This document shows, one piece after another, positions 36,988 through 48,690 of a DNA stretch of 64,000 bases. The stretch is from the NCBI RefSeq assembly GCF_964194155.1, contig NC_135892.1:84940001-85004000 (forward strand). The letters run 5' to 3'. This stretch comes from Cetorhinus maximus. Its lineage: Eukaryota. The notes under the pieces were generated by a model. That model had not been told where the DNA came from, did not search any database, and worked only from the letters and a program-made list of their open reading frames with translations. Position numbers and translations under genes: made by a program. The number at the start of each line of letters is the position of its first letter. Position 1 is the first letter of the stretch.

Positions 36988-38636
36988 CTAGTCATGGACA
37001 GAAGCAAAGTACAAATACAACAAGACTCAAGCAGATGTACTTGGCTAAATTCTGATCTGCCCATTATTTTTGCTATACATACATAGGAAGGAAACAGAAA
37101 TCTCTTTCAGCTAACTGCATTAGAAATTATACCTAAAATAACTCATAACCTACTGAGCATACACATAAAAGATTAAAATGCTAGGTCCTTGAATTTAAAA
37201 CAGCAGATCTGATATATATATGCCCCATGTATAATCTGCACTTGCATATCGTATTTATTTCCCCCGCTCTAAAAATTGCCACTTTTACAGTAGTCATATT
37301 CTGCACACCCTCTTTTTGAAACGTGCATTGTAAGTTAACAAATATTTATTAATCTTTTTCAAACATTACAAAAGATGCTTTAAGTGTTGCTATATGTTAG
37401 CTATACTGTGACAAATGAAGCATTACAATCCTAAGATTAAATAAGAAACATTTAAGCAACATTAAGTCCAAGGTACTGTTGTACAATGACAAGCTCACTC
37501 ATTCATGCCAAAGCTGAGGAATTCTTCAAAGTTGTTGCAATAACTGATCATCACAGGAGTTATACTGCAGATGAAAACACTGATTCATCTCTGTGATATG
37601 CCTTTGCATTTTGACGGTGTTGATTGCTTTTTGCACAAGCCAGCAGCTTATTTCCCAATCTACCCACTTTTCTTTGGATTACATTGAGTCTATCTTCTGG
37701 AAGGACATATGAGCGATTTGTCCTGCCATTCTGATCCCATTTCTTGAATTTGTTCATGTTAAACTTACAAATGGTTGATTTGATCCCTTCTGAGGAGCCT
37801 CTACCACTTTCATTGCTAATTACAGCCATTTCTCCTGATGCATTAGGAATAATGGTTCCTCTGAACTATTTTCATTCACATTATATTTTCGATCTATTTT
37901 CCAGTAAAACACATTCACCTTGCAGCTTCCCATGTGTATTCACTCCATGTTGCAGGAGATACATTACATGTAAGTGCCTGTTGTATACAATATATTGTAA
38001 AAATATTCACACGCAAACCCGATATTTGCAAAACTGAGAAAATCTGTGCCAGGAATATCTGGCAGTCAAAGTCAAGCTGATCCACAGCACAATGAACCGA
38101 TTGCCCAAGTTTGCAAATTCAGCTTATTTCTATAATTAGCACAAATTCCCAGCACAGCTTTAGTTGGAAGTTAGGTTAGCCGGAGGTGCGCAAAATGTCT
38201 AGTTCAAATTTAAAGGGAAGTGCCCATTTAGCAAGTTACATTTTTGAAACACCATGAAGAACACTGGCAAAATAAATAAGTTCTATACTTAACTCTTTAG
38301 TGTTTTGCAGTGGCATGCTTATAATGCTTGCACAACCATTTACCTTCAACCAGCTATGTCCTCACTTTAAATGCTTTCTTCACTAATACAAAGCAATTTA
38401 CATTTGTGCACGAAAACACCTTTCACCTCCCCCAGAAAGCTTTCAACACTGTTGTGCAGGACCATTGAGGATGCACGCAGTATATTTCTGCAGTCTTGTT
38501 TTGAGAAACATTGTGGTCTTTTGTTGTGAAGGGAAGGTGATAAACATTTGTTTGCTTTCAAAAAGAGGCTGCCTGGCACTTGAAGCTAGCTCGTTAATGT
38601 TCAGTCTATAAAGCTGTAACTTGAGGTAATGATAAA

Positions 38637-38779
38637 GGGAGGTGTCAGCTGTGGCTCAGTTCATAGCACCCTCGCCTTTGAATCAGAGGGTTGTGGGTTC
38701 ATGTCCCACTCCCAGAAACCAAGAACTGTGATTGTACTCGAAAGAGTTGCAATCTGTGACTGTTGATAACTGGAAAGAG
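38637..38779 (+). mobile_element. Short tRNA-derived SINE, copy B
   Basis: Near-identical to the revcomp of 23492-23634; flanked by TTGAGGTAATGATAA. Confidence 0.9.
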
Positions 38780-38794
38780 TTGAGGTAATGATAA

Positions 38795-38941
38795 GGGGAG
38801 GTGTCAGCTGTGGCTCAGTCCATAGCACCCTCGCCTTTGAATCAGAGGGTTGCAGGTTCATGTCCCACTCCTGGAAAAACCAAGAACTGTGATTGTGCTC
38901 AAAAGAGTTGCAATCTGTGACTGTTGATAACTCGAAAGAGT
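38795..38941 (+). mobile_element. Short tRNA-derived SINE, copy C (tandem with B)
   Basis: Second unit, again flanked by TTGAGGTAATGATAA (38780-38794, 38942-38956). Confidence 0.9.
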
Positions 38942-39002
38942 TTGAGGTAATGATAAATGTGGAAATTATAGTGTCATTGCTCCTACATTTGTTGCCAACA
39001 AT

Positions 39003-39309
39003 GGGGAGGTGGTGGAATAGTGGTTTTATCACCAGATGAGTGTTTCAGAGACCCAAGGTAATACCCTGAGGACCTGGGTTCAAATCCCACCATGGCAGAT
39101 TAATAAAAATCTGGAATTAAAAGTCTGATGATGACCATGAAACCATTGCTGATTGTCATAAAAACCCATCTGGTTCATTAATGTCCTTGAGGAAATCTAC
39201 CATCCTTACCTGGTCTAGCCTACATGTGACTCCAGAACAAGAGCAATTGGGGATGGGCAATAGATGCTAGCCTAGCCAGTGATGCCCACATCTAATGACT
39301 AAAAAAAAA
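39003..39309 (+). mobile_element. HE1 SINE with 13-bp TSD
   Basis: HE1 head, core and tail; ACATTTGTTGCCA at 38985-38997 and 39311-39323. Confidence 0.9.
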
Positions 39310-41389
39310 CACATTTGTTGCCACCTCTTGAAATAATTTGGTCATGCATTATTGGAGCTAACCAATAAATTTTTCACCACTTTGTTTGGTACCATTTAGA
39401 TTTTAGCAGCGACTAAGGATGTCAGAAAATATCAGCAAAAGAAAACAAAACAAATGCAAATGCAAACATTTCCTAGCAATTACAGCAAATACATGGAGCA
39501 AAATGCAAGGAACATGAATAATAACTGAAAAAAGGAATGAGCTTGGCAAGCAAATTCAGCAACAGTAATTTTCCTTTAAGAATCCTACTTGAGCAATCTG
39601 GGTCGCAGGATTAATCATATGTCCATTTTATACGAGACAGCTCAGTACCAAGGGCAGAGTCTGGCCCCAAAAATATAAAATGCATCAAGGTGATTTGCAT
39701 AATTTCCAAGTGTCTGATGAAGTCTCAGTTAGCCTGCTGCACAACCGCTCCCGCAGCTTGAAATTTCTTTCTTGCAAAATGCAGCATGGCTGTACCTTGT
39801 ATACACAGACCATTTGTCCCAATTTTATGATTCCTTCACACCCATAGGAAAGCTTGGCACTGGGAGTAGTGCCTCACAGCATAGGGTAGTCAACTCAGGT
39901 CCCCATCCTCATGATGCACCGCTTTCCTGTGCCAATTAGAAAGTGATCGGGCTCTTCTTTCCTCTATTGGATAATTTTTGACTGTCAAATATTTTGGTAA
40001 CTTGCAAACAGAAGTGTTTAAAGAGATTTTTTTTTAAGTCCAAAAATTTTTACTGCACCCCCCCCCCCCCCCCCCCACCCCCAACCCCCCCACAATGATT
40101 TTTCTCTTGGATTGCTCGCAAAAGTGTCCTGGATAATTAGTCTTTAATTCCTGGAGCTTGCAGGGCAATCCTGAACATTTGGCAACTCCTAACATAGTTT
40201 GAGACATGGGTAGATGCTATGTTACCATAAGAAGTGGAGTACGCTGTAGGAGACAAAAAAAAACACTGGTTTCTGAATTGGATTGCAAGTTATTTACTAC
40301 TCGGGTTTCTGATGATTTTGATCCCTGAGGAACTGAGTTCTGAATACAGACCCACCACCTGGAATTCAGCCTGCAGCTCAAATTAATAGCAACTAAACGC
40401 TGCGTGAGACAAACTTGGGCCAATCTGAGTCTTGTGCATAGCACGGAAAACTGCTGGCAATTTTCGGTGACTGAACCACATCAATTGGAAAAGCCATTAA
40501 GATGATTTGTGTGGGAAATAGCAAAACACTTCTAATTCTGATACAGCCAGAGGCACTATTCCTGAGTTTTATGTTGAACTCCATATTTTCGGTTTGTGTG
40601 AAAGTATTTTCACATTATATTTGACTTTATGAAATGCATGTTGTGTAAACTGAAGATCATTCTATAGCATTGCTGGCTCTCATGTTTAATGAACACAAAT
40701 ATTACCCCTTTTTTTAAGACCTGGCAAAGTTGAGGACCTGGTCTTGAATGTTGAAACTGAACTTTGACACAATATCATTTTGAATTAATTTTCAATGAAT
40801 GTTCACAAATTTTGATGCTTAATCATAACTAGAAGTGCAGCCTGCGCATATAGAGTAATGATTGCAAGATTTCCCACGAGAAACAATCCATTTTAGTAAT
40901 TCTTGAGGTTTATTACGGAAGCTGAGGTTTGCAGTGTCTGATGAAGTGGGGGTAAACAAGACACAGAGACTAGGCCGTTGAAGCAAAATACGGACTTGTC
41001 TGTGTTGGCAGGTGCATGTTCTGGTTATGCATATGACTACTTCAGGAAGTGTGTTAACCAAAGTTAATGGGTCACCGCTAGGTCACAGCGAAAAATGATA
41101 AAAGCTACTTAAGCAATACTTTATTTTTCTCCTGGACGTTTTGCACTAATTTAATATATTCCTAAATTGCAAGTAAATGTTTGTATGTTGATTTCAACAG
41201 GGACTTTGTTGTTTTTATGTATTTTCATATTTCAGATTATTCAACATTTTTGCAAAATCCATTTGACTATACACTCAGATACATTGCTATTTTCAGCATT
41301 GTCTATAAACTAAAACAGATATAGTATATGTCATTTTGCTGATCTTAGTCCAGTTTGGACAAGTCACGTTTTCAGGATGCATTGAAAAT

Positions 41390-41558
41390 GATGAAAACAG
41401 AAAACGTGAGAAAATCTCAGCCGGTCTGGCAGCTTCTGTGGAGAGAGAAACTGAGTTAACATTTTGAGGCCAATGTGACTCTTCTTTGGAATTCACTTTC
41501 CAGCACTTTCTTTTTTTACTTCAGATCTCCAGCATCCACAGTATTTTGCTTTTATTAC
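41390..41558. mobile_element. Penelope-like short repeat
   Basis: AAAACAGAAAA..CTCAGCCGGTCTGGCAGC.TCTGTGGAGAGAGAAAC.GAGTTAAC...CCAGCATCCACAGTATTTTGCTTT; a second copy at 42412-42481 is split by a MITE. Confidence 0.55.
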
Positions 41559-42481
41559 ATTGAAAACAAACTGTTCGACTGTGATGTCTGTCTTTGTTAA
41601 GATATATATATATATATATATGTGGATATAGATATGGATATAGATTTTGGCCCGCATTCAAACATCAACTGAGGTGGTCAGGCTGAAAATTAGATTCCAG
41701 TACAAAAAGAACCACTTTGGATTGTTATTACTCATTTGTGCAGTTTCAATATCAAAACTTGTTCTCTGGAAAAAGGACAACTAGTTGAAAAGTAGGTGCA
41801 TATTACAACGGTAGCATCAGCGTGCATGGTTTTGCTTTACAGCAAATGCTGCACTTATAGTGTGATTGTAGGCTGAAGACTTAATTGTACTTGCCATCAT
41901 TGACAATTCTTAGAGTGATATCATATCATATATAAAATGAAAAAAATATGTATTTCCTCCCGAGATTTTGTTTTTGTTAATTTTAAAATGCACTTGTAAA
42001 TAAGGAATGAACCTGTAAACTAGCTGGCCTTATGGTGTGCCTCTCTAGGACATGCTGGTCACAGCCCTGTGTCAGAATACAAGTGGAGAAAAATGCAGAG
42101 CTGTAGAAAGCTCCACCATCAGTTTTAATGGAGAGCAGGTCTGGCAGAATGTAACAAATAGTTGCTTGTAGTATTTTTAATAACACAGTTTTTAAAACTT
42201 TACTTATTTTGACTTTTTTTAGCCAAAAATGACTGAAGATACAAAACACAACACTCAAATATCATGCCTTAATCTTATTCATTAGTAAATTATTACTATA
42301 CTTAATAAAAAATGTTTTTAATTGTTTTAAAATTGAAGGATTAAGAGCCAACTATGGAGCTATTAAACCAAACTGGCTTCTGCTCCGCTAGTTCACATGT
42401 ACGTATGCGAAATGAAAACAGAAAATGCTGGAGATACTCAGCAGGTCAGCCAACATCTGTGGAGAAAGAAACCAAGTTAAT

Positions 42482-43008
42482 GGGTGGAATTTTCCCACTT
42501 CCCCCTGCAAGTGGGCTGGCAGGCAGGGGACCATTAAATTGGGTGCCATGGCGACAGCACCATGCCCATTGTCTATCTGCCTCCACAGGTATTTTGCCAA
42601 CGCAGGAGTTGGCCATTCACCTGGCGGCCTTTTTGCGGGATGAAGGGGGGGTGGGTACCTCCTGTTTGGGCACACCGTGCCCAATGAAGGCAACCTCCCT
42701 GCAGTGGTACAACTGCCTTTCCCGCATGTTCCACCCTAGCCCTCCTGAATGGCCCCGGACCACACTCACGTGGGCCTGCCAGCCTGGCACCAGCCGAAGA
42801 CCCCAGCTTCCATTCTAATCCAGCTCCATCGACAGTCGTCATTGGGGACTGCCCGCAGTCCCAGCACTGGCCAGCACTCCCAACCCGAGCCCATTAACAG
42901 CCTGGCACTCATTAAATTGGCTCAGGCCAACCCAGCCGAGCAGAGGCAGGCCGGCCTCCTACCTTTCAGCCAGGAGCAGGGCCACCGGCTCCACATAAAA
43001 TTCCAGCC
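42482..43008. mobile_element. Harbinger MITE inserted in a Penelope-like repeat
   Basis: TIRs GGGTGGAATTTT / AAAATTCCAGCC; TSD AAT/AAC. Confidence 0.8.
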
Positions 43009-43369
43009 AACCTTTCGGAGCGATGACATTTCACGAGAACTGGTCATTGCTCATTTTGGGGATCAATATCTGGGAATAAAGAATATTATTATTAATTCAC
43101 TGGAGTTCAGAATTAAGATTTCATAGAAACCCTGGGCCTGTAAGTGGGTGAGTTTTGAATGAGTTAAAATATCACTCTTCAAACCATAAGATGGATGACA
43201 GACCAGCTGACAAGATCTCCAAAGACTACATTCTGGAGGAGACAATTCAACAGTACAATTGGTAACAAGCTTAAACACAAAAATAGGGACAGACGTTTGA
43301 CTAAGCGTATAGAAGTATAGAAATAAGCAAATGGAACCGGAATTTTTAAAATGTCAGGTTAATAACCTG

Positions 43370-43745
43370 CATTTACATTGCACATTAATCAAACCCAAAG
43401 TGCCCCAAGTAACTTCAGAAACATAATCAGGCAAAAAACAGATGGCAAGACAATGAAAAAGATGTTAGGAGAAGGGACAGGGACCAAAGAGGTCAAAGAG
43501 GTGTTTTTTTTTAGTAGTGCCTCAGCATGTGATGGGGAGGTAGACAGATGGAACGGGTTAGGAAGGTAATTCCAGAGCGTGAGTTCTAGGTGACTGAAGG
43601 CACAGCCACAATGGTGAGCAAAGGAAGGGGGAGGCTTGTGAACCCATAGAAATAGAGAATTCAGTATAGATTCAGTATAGTGTGGAGTGGGGTGGGGCGC
43701 CAGTGGTAGGGGTGGAGATGATTACAGAGATAAAGAGGGAATTAA
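43370..43745 (-). mobile_element. L2 LINE 3' fragment
   Basis: Similar to 9735-10130 (GCATTTA...CCAAAG.GGTCAAAGAGG...AATTCCAGAG). Confidence 0.6.
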
Positions 43746-45552
43746 GTTATGAATCGTCAATATAATATTCTTGGTCCCGTAAATTCTAAAACAGAATATT
43801 TACAGAGTCTGCTGAGATAAGGAAAACGTTAACTTTATTGGAACATCTCTTATTGTGCCTCTATCTTATCACAAGTTTTTACAAGAGAAAGCAAGATCAT
43901 GTGATGTTGCTTCACTTCCTGTGATGATGTATATTGTGTCATTAGCATATCACAGTTAGAATTATCTTCTTAATCTACATACCCACCCAAGTCTTTCCGC
44001 TATATTACATCTCCCCTCCCTTTTCTCTGACTTCAATTTTTTTATAGGGACAACTGCGGTGATGGTTTCATTAGTCTACCCGAATATGACCCCAGCTTTT
44101 TTGGAGGAGATTGGGGATTTAAGTCCTGCGGTGGTCTCCCAGACTCTGCTGAGCAGAAGGAGAATTAATAAATGAATCAGGTTCACCAATCTAGTAGTCA
44201 CCTGGACTGGTAGATGAATGCAGCACCTCAGGTCTGTTTGATTTGGTCAATAACCTTCTACACAGTCGAAGCAGTCACTTCTGTGTGACAACTTCAGTAC
44301 ATCTGTTCCATCTCACGATCTGTTTGGATGAGGCAGGACCAAGGAAGTGGTTCAACCACTTGTCCATAGTGAGCTTGGTCTCAGATCCAAACTGGCTCTC
44401 CTGACGTATTGGCTCATTGACAATAGCTAGGCTTGGGCAAGAACTTTTCAACTTGGTTCACCATACCCATGAAGCTCTGGAACTCAGTCACGTTGCGAGG
44501 AGCTGGAAACTCCTTGATTGCTCTTGTCTTCTGTGGATCAACTCTGACACCGGATGCATCCACAATATGTCCAAGGTGCTTGACATTTGGCTGCAACAGT
44601 TCTCATTTGTTGTTGAGTGTAAGTCCTGCTTCCTGTAGGCGTTGCAGCACAGCTCACACTCTAGTGTTATATTCTGCCTGGGTGGGTCAGGACTCCATTC
44701 AGGCCTTCTAGGATGCTTGACATTGTCCTCTGGAAGATTTCTAGTACTGATGTGAATCTGAAGGCTAATCTGTTGAAACAAAACCTCTCAAACGGTATAA
44801 CGAAGATTGTGAGCAACTTAGACTCTTCATCCAGGGGTAGTTGCTAAATACCACTATTTGCACCTAGCTTTGTGAAAAATGAACTCTTTCCCAACTTTGC
44901 TAAACTCTGGAATACAGATGATGTAGGAAGAACTTTGTGTTCAACTGCTTTGTTCAGCTGTATAAGATCTACATGAATTCTGATAGATCCATTGGGTTTT
45001 TGTACTGGGACCGTCCCCGAGCAGCAGCTCGTTGGTTCTGTCACAGGTGAAATAACCCCTTGCTTTAATATAGAGCATACTTCCTTCTTTACCTTTGGCC
45101 ACAGTGGGCGGTGAACATTTCTGGGTGTAAACAGACACACTGACTTCATTTCAGGACATAGAGTAATGTGGTACACTGTCTTCAGCTTTCCTAGACCTGT
45201 GAACAGCTGTAGAAATTCAGCTCTGATGTGTTCAGACTGATCTCCTCAGCTTTCCAGTTCCCCTACTCTGTAAATCAGACGTAAATCGGAACAGGCCTTC
45301 CTGCTTAAGAGCGAACAGCTCTGGTTCAGGATCACATGTAAGATTTCAGTGATTTTTTTTTTCTTTTTATTGAAGAGTTGCAATCAGTAGTTCCATGACC
45401 TTGAGTTCTATATCTCCTGTCCCATGTAATCTTTTGCATGATGGCTGAAGATAACTTTTCTCTAACCACAGTTCAGCATCAGAAAGAACCAAAACTGCTG
45501 CACCTGTGTTTTGTTTCCCTTTACTAGGATATTAGCACTCTGCTTGGTTCCT

Positions 45553-45637
45553 ACACACAAATTTACAAAAATACAAATTTGGAGCAGGAGTAGGCCCCCC
45601 CTCGAGCCTGCTCCACCATGCAATAAGATGATGGCTA
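45553..45637 (-). mobile_element. CR1 3' terminus, inverted
   Basis: GGAGCAGGAGTAGGCC..CTCGAGCCTGCTCCACCAT.CAATAAGAT.ATGGCT is the revcomp of the CR1 3' UTR. Confidence 0.8.
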
Positions 45638-45959
45638 TTGAGTCCTGGATTGAATTCCTGGATCTCTCCAATGAAAGTCATCTCAATATCATTGATATCT
45701 TTTACCTCATGGATCTTGCCACCTTTCGAAGGATTTTTTTTTCTTATTCTGTGCAGGCTCCTTGCTGCAGCACAAAATTTGGAATTGACCTTTCTTTCTA
45801 CAATCCTGGCATTCGGGCTTTCTGGTGAAACAAGTTTCCTGCCTCTGTTTTTTCCCACTGCACTAATTACAATTAGCTGGAGTGGTTGATGGACGCTCTT
45901 CCTGCCTCCCTGCTTTTTCACAGCCGCCTCTCTGCTTTTAAATTTAAATTTGGGCGACA

Positions 45960-48690
45960 AAGATTGGGTCCTTAATATTGAGGGGTACATGACATTCAAG
46001 AAGAATAGGAAGCTAGCTAAAGGGTAGCACTGTTAATTCTAGAGGGCATCGGTGTAGTAGTTAGAGATGACCTTGGCTCAGGAGATCAGGATATAGAATC
46101 GGTTTGGGTGGAGATGAGGAATAGTAGGGGAAATAAGTCATTAGTGGGAGTCTCTACAAGCCCCCTAACAGTAGCCACAGTGTAGACAAAGTATTCAAGA
46201 GAAAATATTGTGTGCTTGTGATAAAGGGATGCAAATAATCATCGGTGATTTTAATCTATACATGAACTGGAAAAATCAGATTGGCAGGAGTAGCCTGGAT
46301 GAGGAGTTGTTAGAATGCTTTCAAGATAATTTCTTAGAGCAGCACATTCTGGAACCAACCAGAGAGCAGGTTATATTAGACTTGGTAATGTGTAACGTGA
46401 CAGGATTAATTAATGACCTCAGAGTAAAGGAACCCCTAGGTAGCAGCAACCACAATATGATTAAATTTTACATCCAGTTTGAAAGGGAGAAAAGTGGGTC
46501 TAATACTAGTATCATAAACTTAAATAAGGGCAACTATGTGGGGATGAAAGCTGAGCTAGCTGAAGTGAACTGGGAAACCAGGCCAGAGGATAGATCAATA
46601 GAGAAGCAGTGGCAAACATTTAAGGGGATATTTCAGAGAATTCAGAATAAGTACATTCCTATTATAAAGAAAAATTCTAAGGGGAGGACCCACCAATGTG
46701 GTTAACTAAAGAAGTTAAGGAAAGCATCAAACTTAAGGAAAATGCATACAACTCCACAAAGATGAGTGGCAGGACAGATGATTGGACAGGATATAAAGAA
46801 TGGCAGAGAATGATTAAAAGGTTAATCAGGAGAAAGAAATTAAGAGTATGAGGGGAAGCTAGCTAGAAATGTAAAAACGGATAGCCAGAATTTCTACAGG
46901 TATTTAAAAAGGAAAAGAGTAAGTAAAGTGAGTGTTAGTCCTCTAGAGAGTGACAGTGGGGAGTTAATCGTAGATAATAAAGAAATCGCAGAAAAAATTA
47001 ACAAATATTTTGCTCCTGTCTTCACTATAGAGGATACAAAAAACATTCCAGTAATAGCTGCAAATCAGGAGGTGAAAGGGAGATAGGAAATCACTAAGGA
47101 AATGATACTGAGCAAATTGATGGAGCTGCGGGCTGGCAAGTCTCCAGGCCCCGATGGATTACATCCTAGGGCCTTAAAGAGGTGGAAAATGATGTAATTG
47201 ATGTGTTGGTGTTAATTTTCCAAAATTCACTAGATTCTATCAGACTGGAAAGTAGCAAATGTAACCCAAGAAGGGAGGGAGGCAAAAAACAGGAAACTAT
47301 AGGCCAGTTAGCTTGATGTTTGTCATGGGGAAGTTAGAATTGATCATTAAGGAGGTTATAGCTGGGCATTTAGAAGAGCTCAAGGCAATCGGGAAGAGTC
47401 AGCATGGTTTTGTGAAAGGAAAATCATGTTTAACCAATTTGTTGGAGTGTTTTGAAGGAGTAACATGCGCATTGGATAAAGGGGAGCCTATAGACATACT
47501 GTTCTTGGATTTCCAGAAGACATTTGATAAGGTGCCACATCAAAGGTTATTACAGAAAATAAAAGCGCATGGTGTAGGGGGTGACATATTAGCATGGATA
47601 GAAGATTGGCTGGCTGGCAGAAAGCAGAGAGTATGCATAAACGGGTCTTTCTCGGATTGGTAGAATGTGATGAGTGGAGTCCCACAGGGATATGTGCTGG
47701 GGCCTCAACTTATTACGATTTACATCAATCAGGAGAGTGAAGGCATGGTAGCTAAATTTGCAGCTGACACAAAGATAGGTAGGAAAGTATGTTGTGAAGA
47801 GCACTAAAGGAGGTTTCAGATGGATATAGATAGGTTGATTGAGTGGGCAAAGATCTGGCAAATGGAGTTTAATGTGGGAAAATGTGAAGTTGTTCACTTT
47901 GGCAGGAAGAACAAAAAAGCAGAGTGTTACTTAAATGGAGAACGGCGGCATAATTTTGAGGTGCAGAGGGATCTAGGTATTCTAGAGTCACAAAAAGTTA
48001 GTATGCAAGTACAGCAAGTAATTAAGAAGGCTAATGGAAAGCTATCCTTTATTACGAGAGGGATTGAACATAAAAATAAGGATGTTATGCTTCAGTTATA
48101 CAGGGCATTGGTGAGACCACACCTCGAATATTGTGTGCAGTTTTGGTCTCCTTATTTAAGGAAGAATGTAAATGCATTGGAGGTGGTTCAGAAGAGGTTT
48201 ACCTGGAATACCTGATACCTGGAATGAGTGGGTTGTTTTATGAGGAAAGGTTGGACAGACTGGGCTTGTTTCCACTGGAGTTTAGAAGAGTGAGGGGTGA
48301 TTTGATTGAAGTATACCAGATCCTGAACGGCCTTGACAAGGTGGACGTCGAAGGGATGTTTCCTCTTGTGGGTGACTTCAGAACTAGGGGCACTGTTTTA
48401 AAAGTAAGGGTTGCCCTTTTAGGACAGAGACGAGGAGAATTTTTTTCTCTGAGAATTGTGCGACTTTGGAACTCTCTGCCTCAGAAGGCGGTGGAGGTGA
48501 GTTCATTGAACATTTTTAAGGCAGAGGTAGATAGATTCTTGTTAGGCAAGGGAATCAAAGGTTATCGGGGCTAGATGGGAATGTAGAAATCGAAACACAA
48601 GAAGATCAGCCATGATCTTATTGAATGGTGGAGCAGGCTCGAGAGGCTGAATGATCTACTCCTGTTCCTATTTCTGATGTTTTTATGTTC
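45960..48690 (+). mobile_element. CR1 LINE ORF2 (APE endonuclease + RT), decayed
   Basis: IIGDFN, EPTREQVILDLV, PLGSSNHNMI, KSQHGFVKGKSCLTNL, FQKTFDKVPH, RPHLEYCVQFWSPY; (TATGTT)-type tail. Confidence 0.95.

Noticed and set aside
37560-37860. Host exon or small ORF (MAVISNESGRG...)
   Set aside because: No recognisable domain; a GTAAGT donor exists at 37768 on the minus strand, but the acceptor lacks a pyrimidine tract.
38640-38715. Functional tRNA-Gln gene
   Set aside because: Acceptor and anticodon stems pair poorly, and the sequence is embedded in a repeated unit with TSDs; it is a SINE head.
38725-38780. Hammerhead ribozyme in the SINE tail (CTGTTGA...GAAA)
   Set aside because: The core should be CUGANGA; here it is CUGUUGA, the GAAA is a hairpin loop, and stems I/III with a UH cleavage site cannot be formed.
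38621-38957. CRISPR-like repeat-spacer array
   Set aside because: The context is eukaryotic, the 'spacers' are two copies of the same SINE, the repeats are target-site duplications, and no cas genes are present.
40058-40092. Poly(C) tract here, and (GGGT)n at ~26140-26166, as functional G-quadruplexes
   Set aside because: Simple repeats with no supporting context; homopolymer length is also unreliable.
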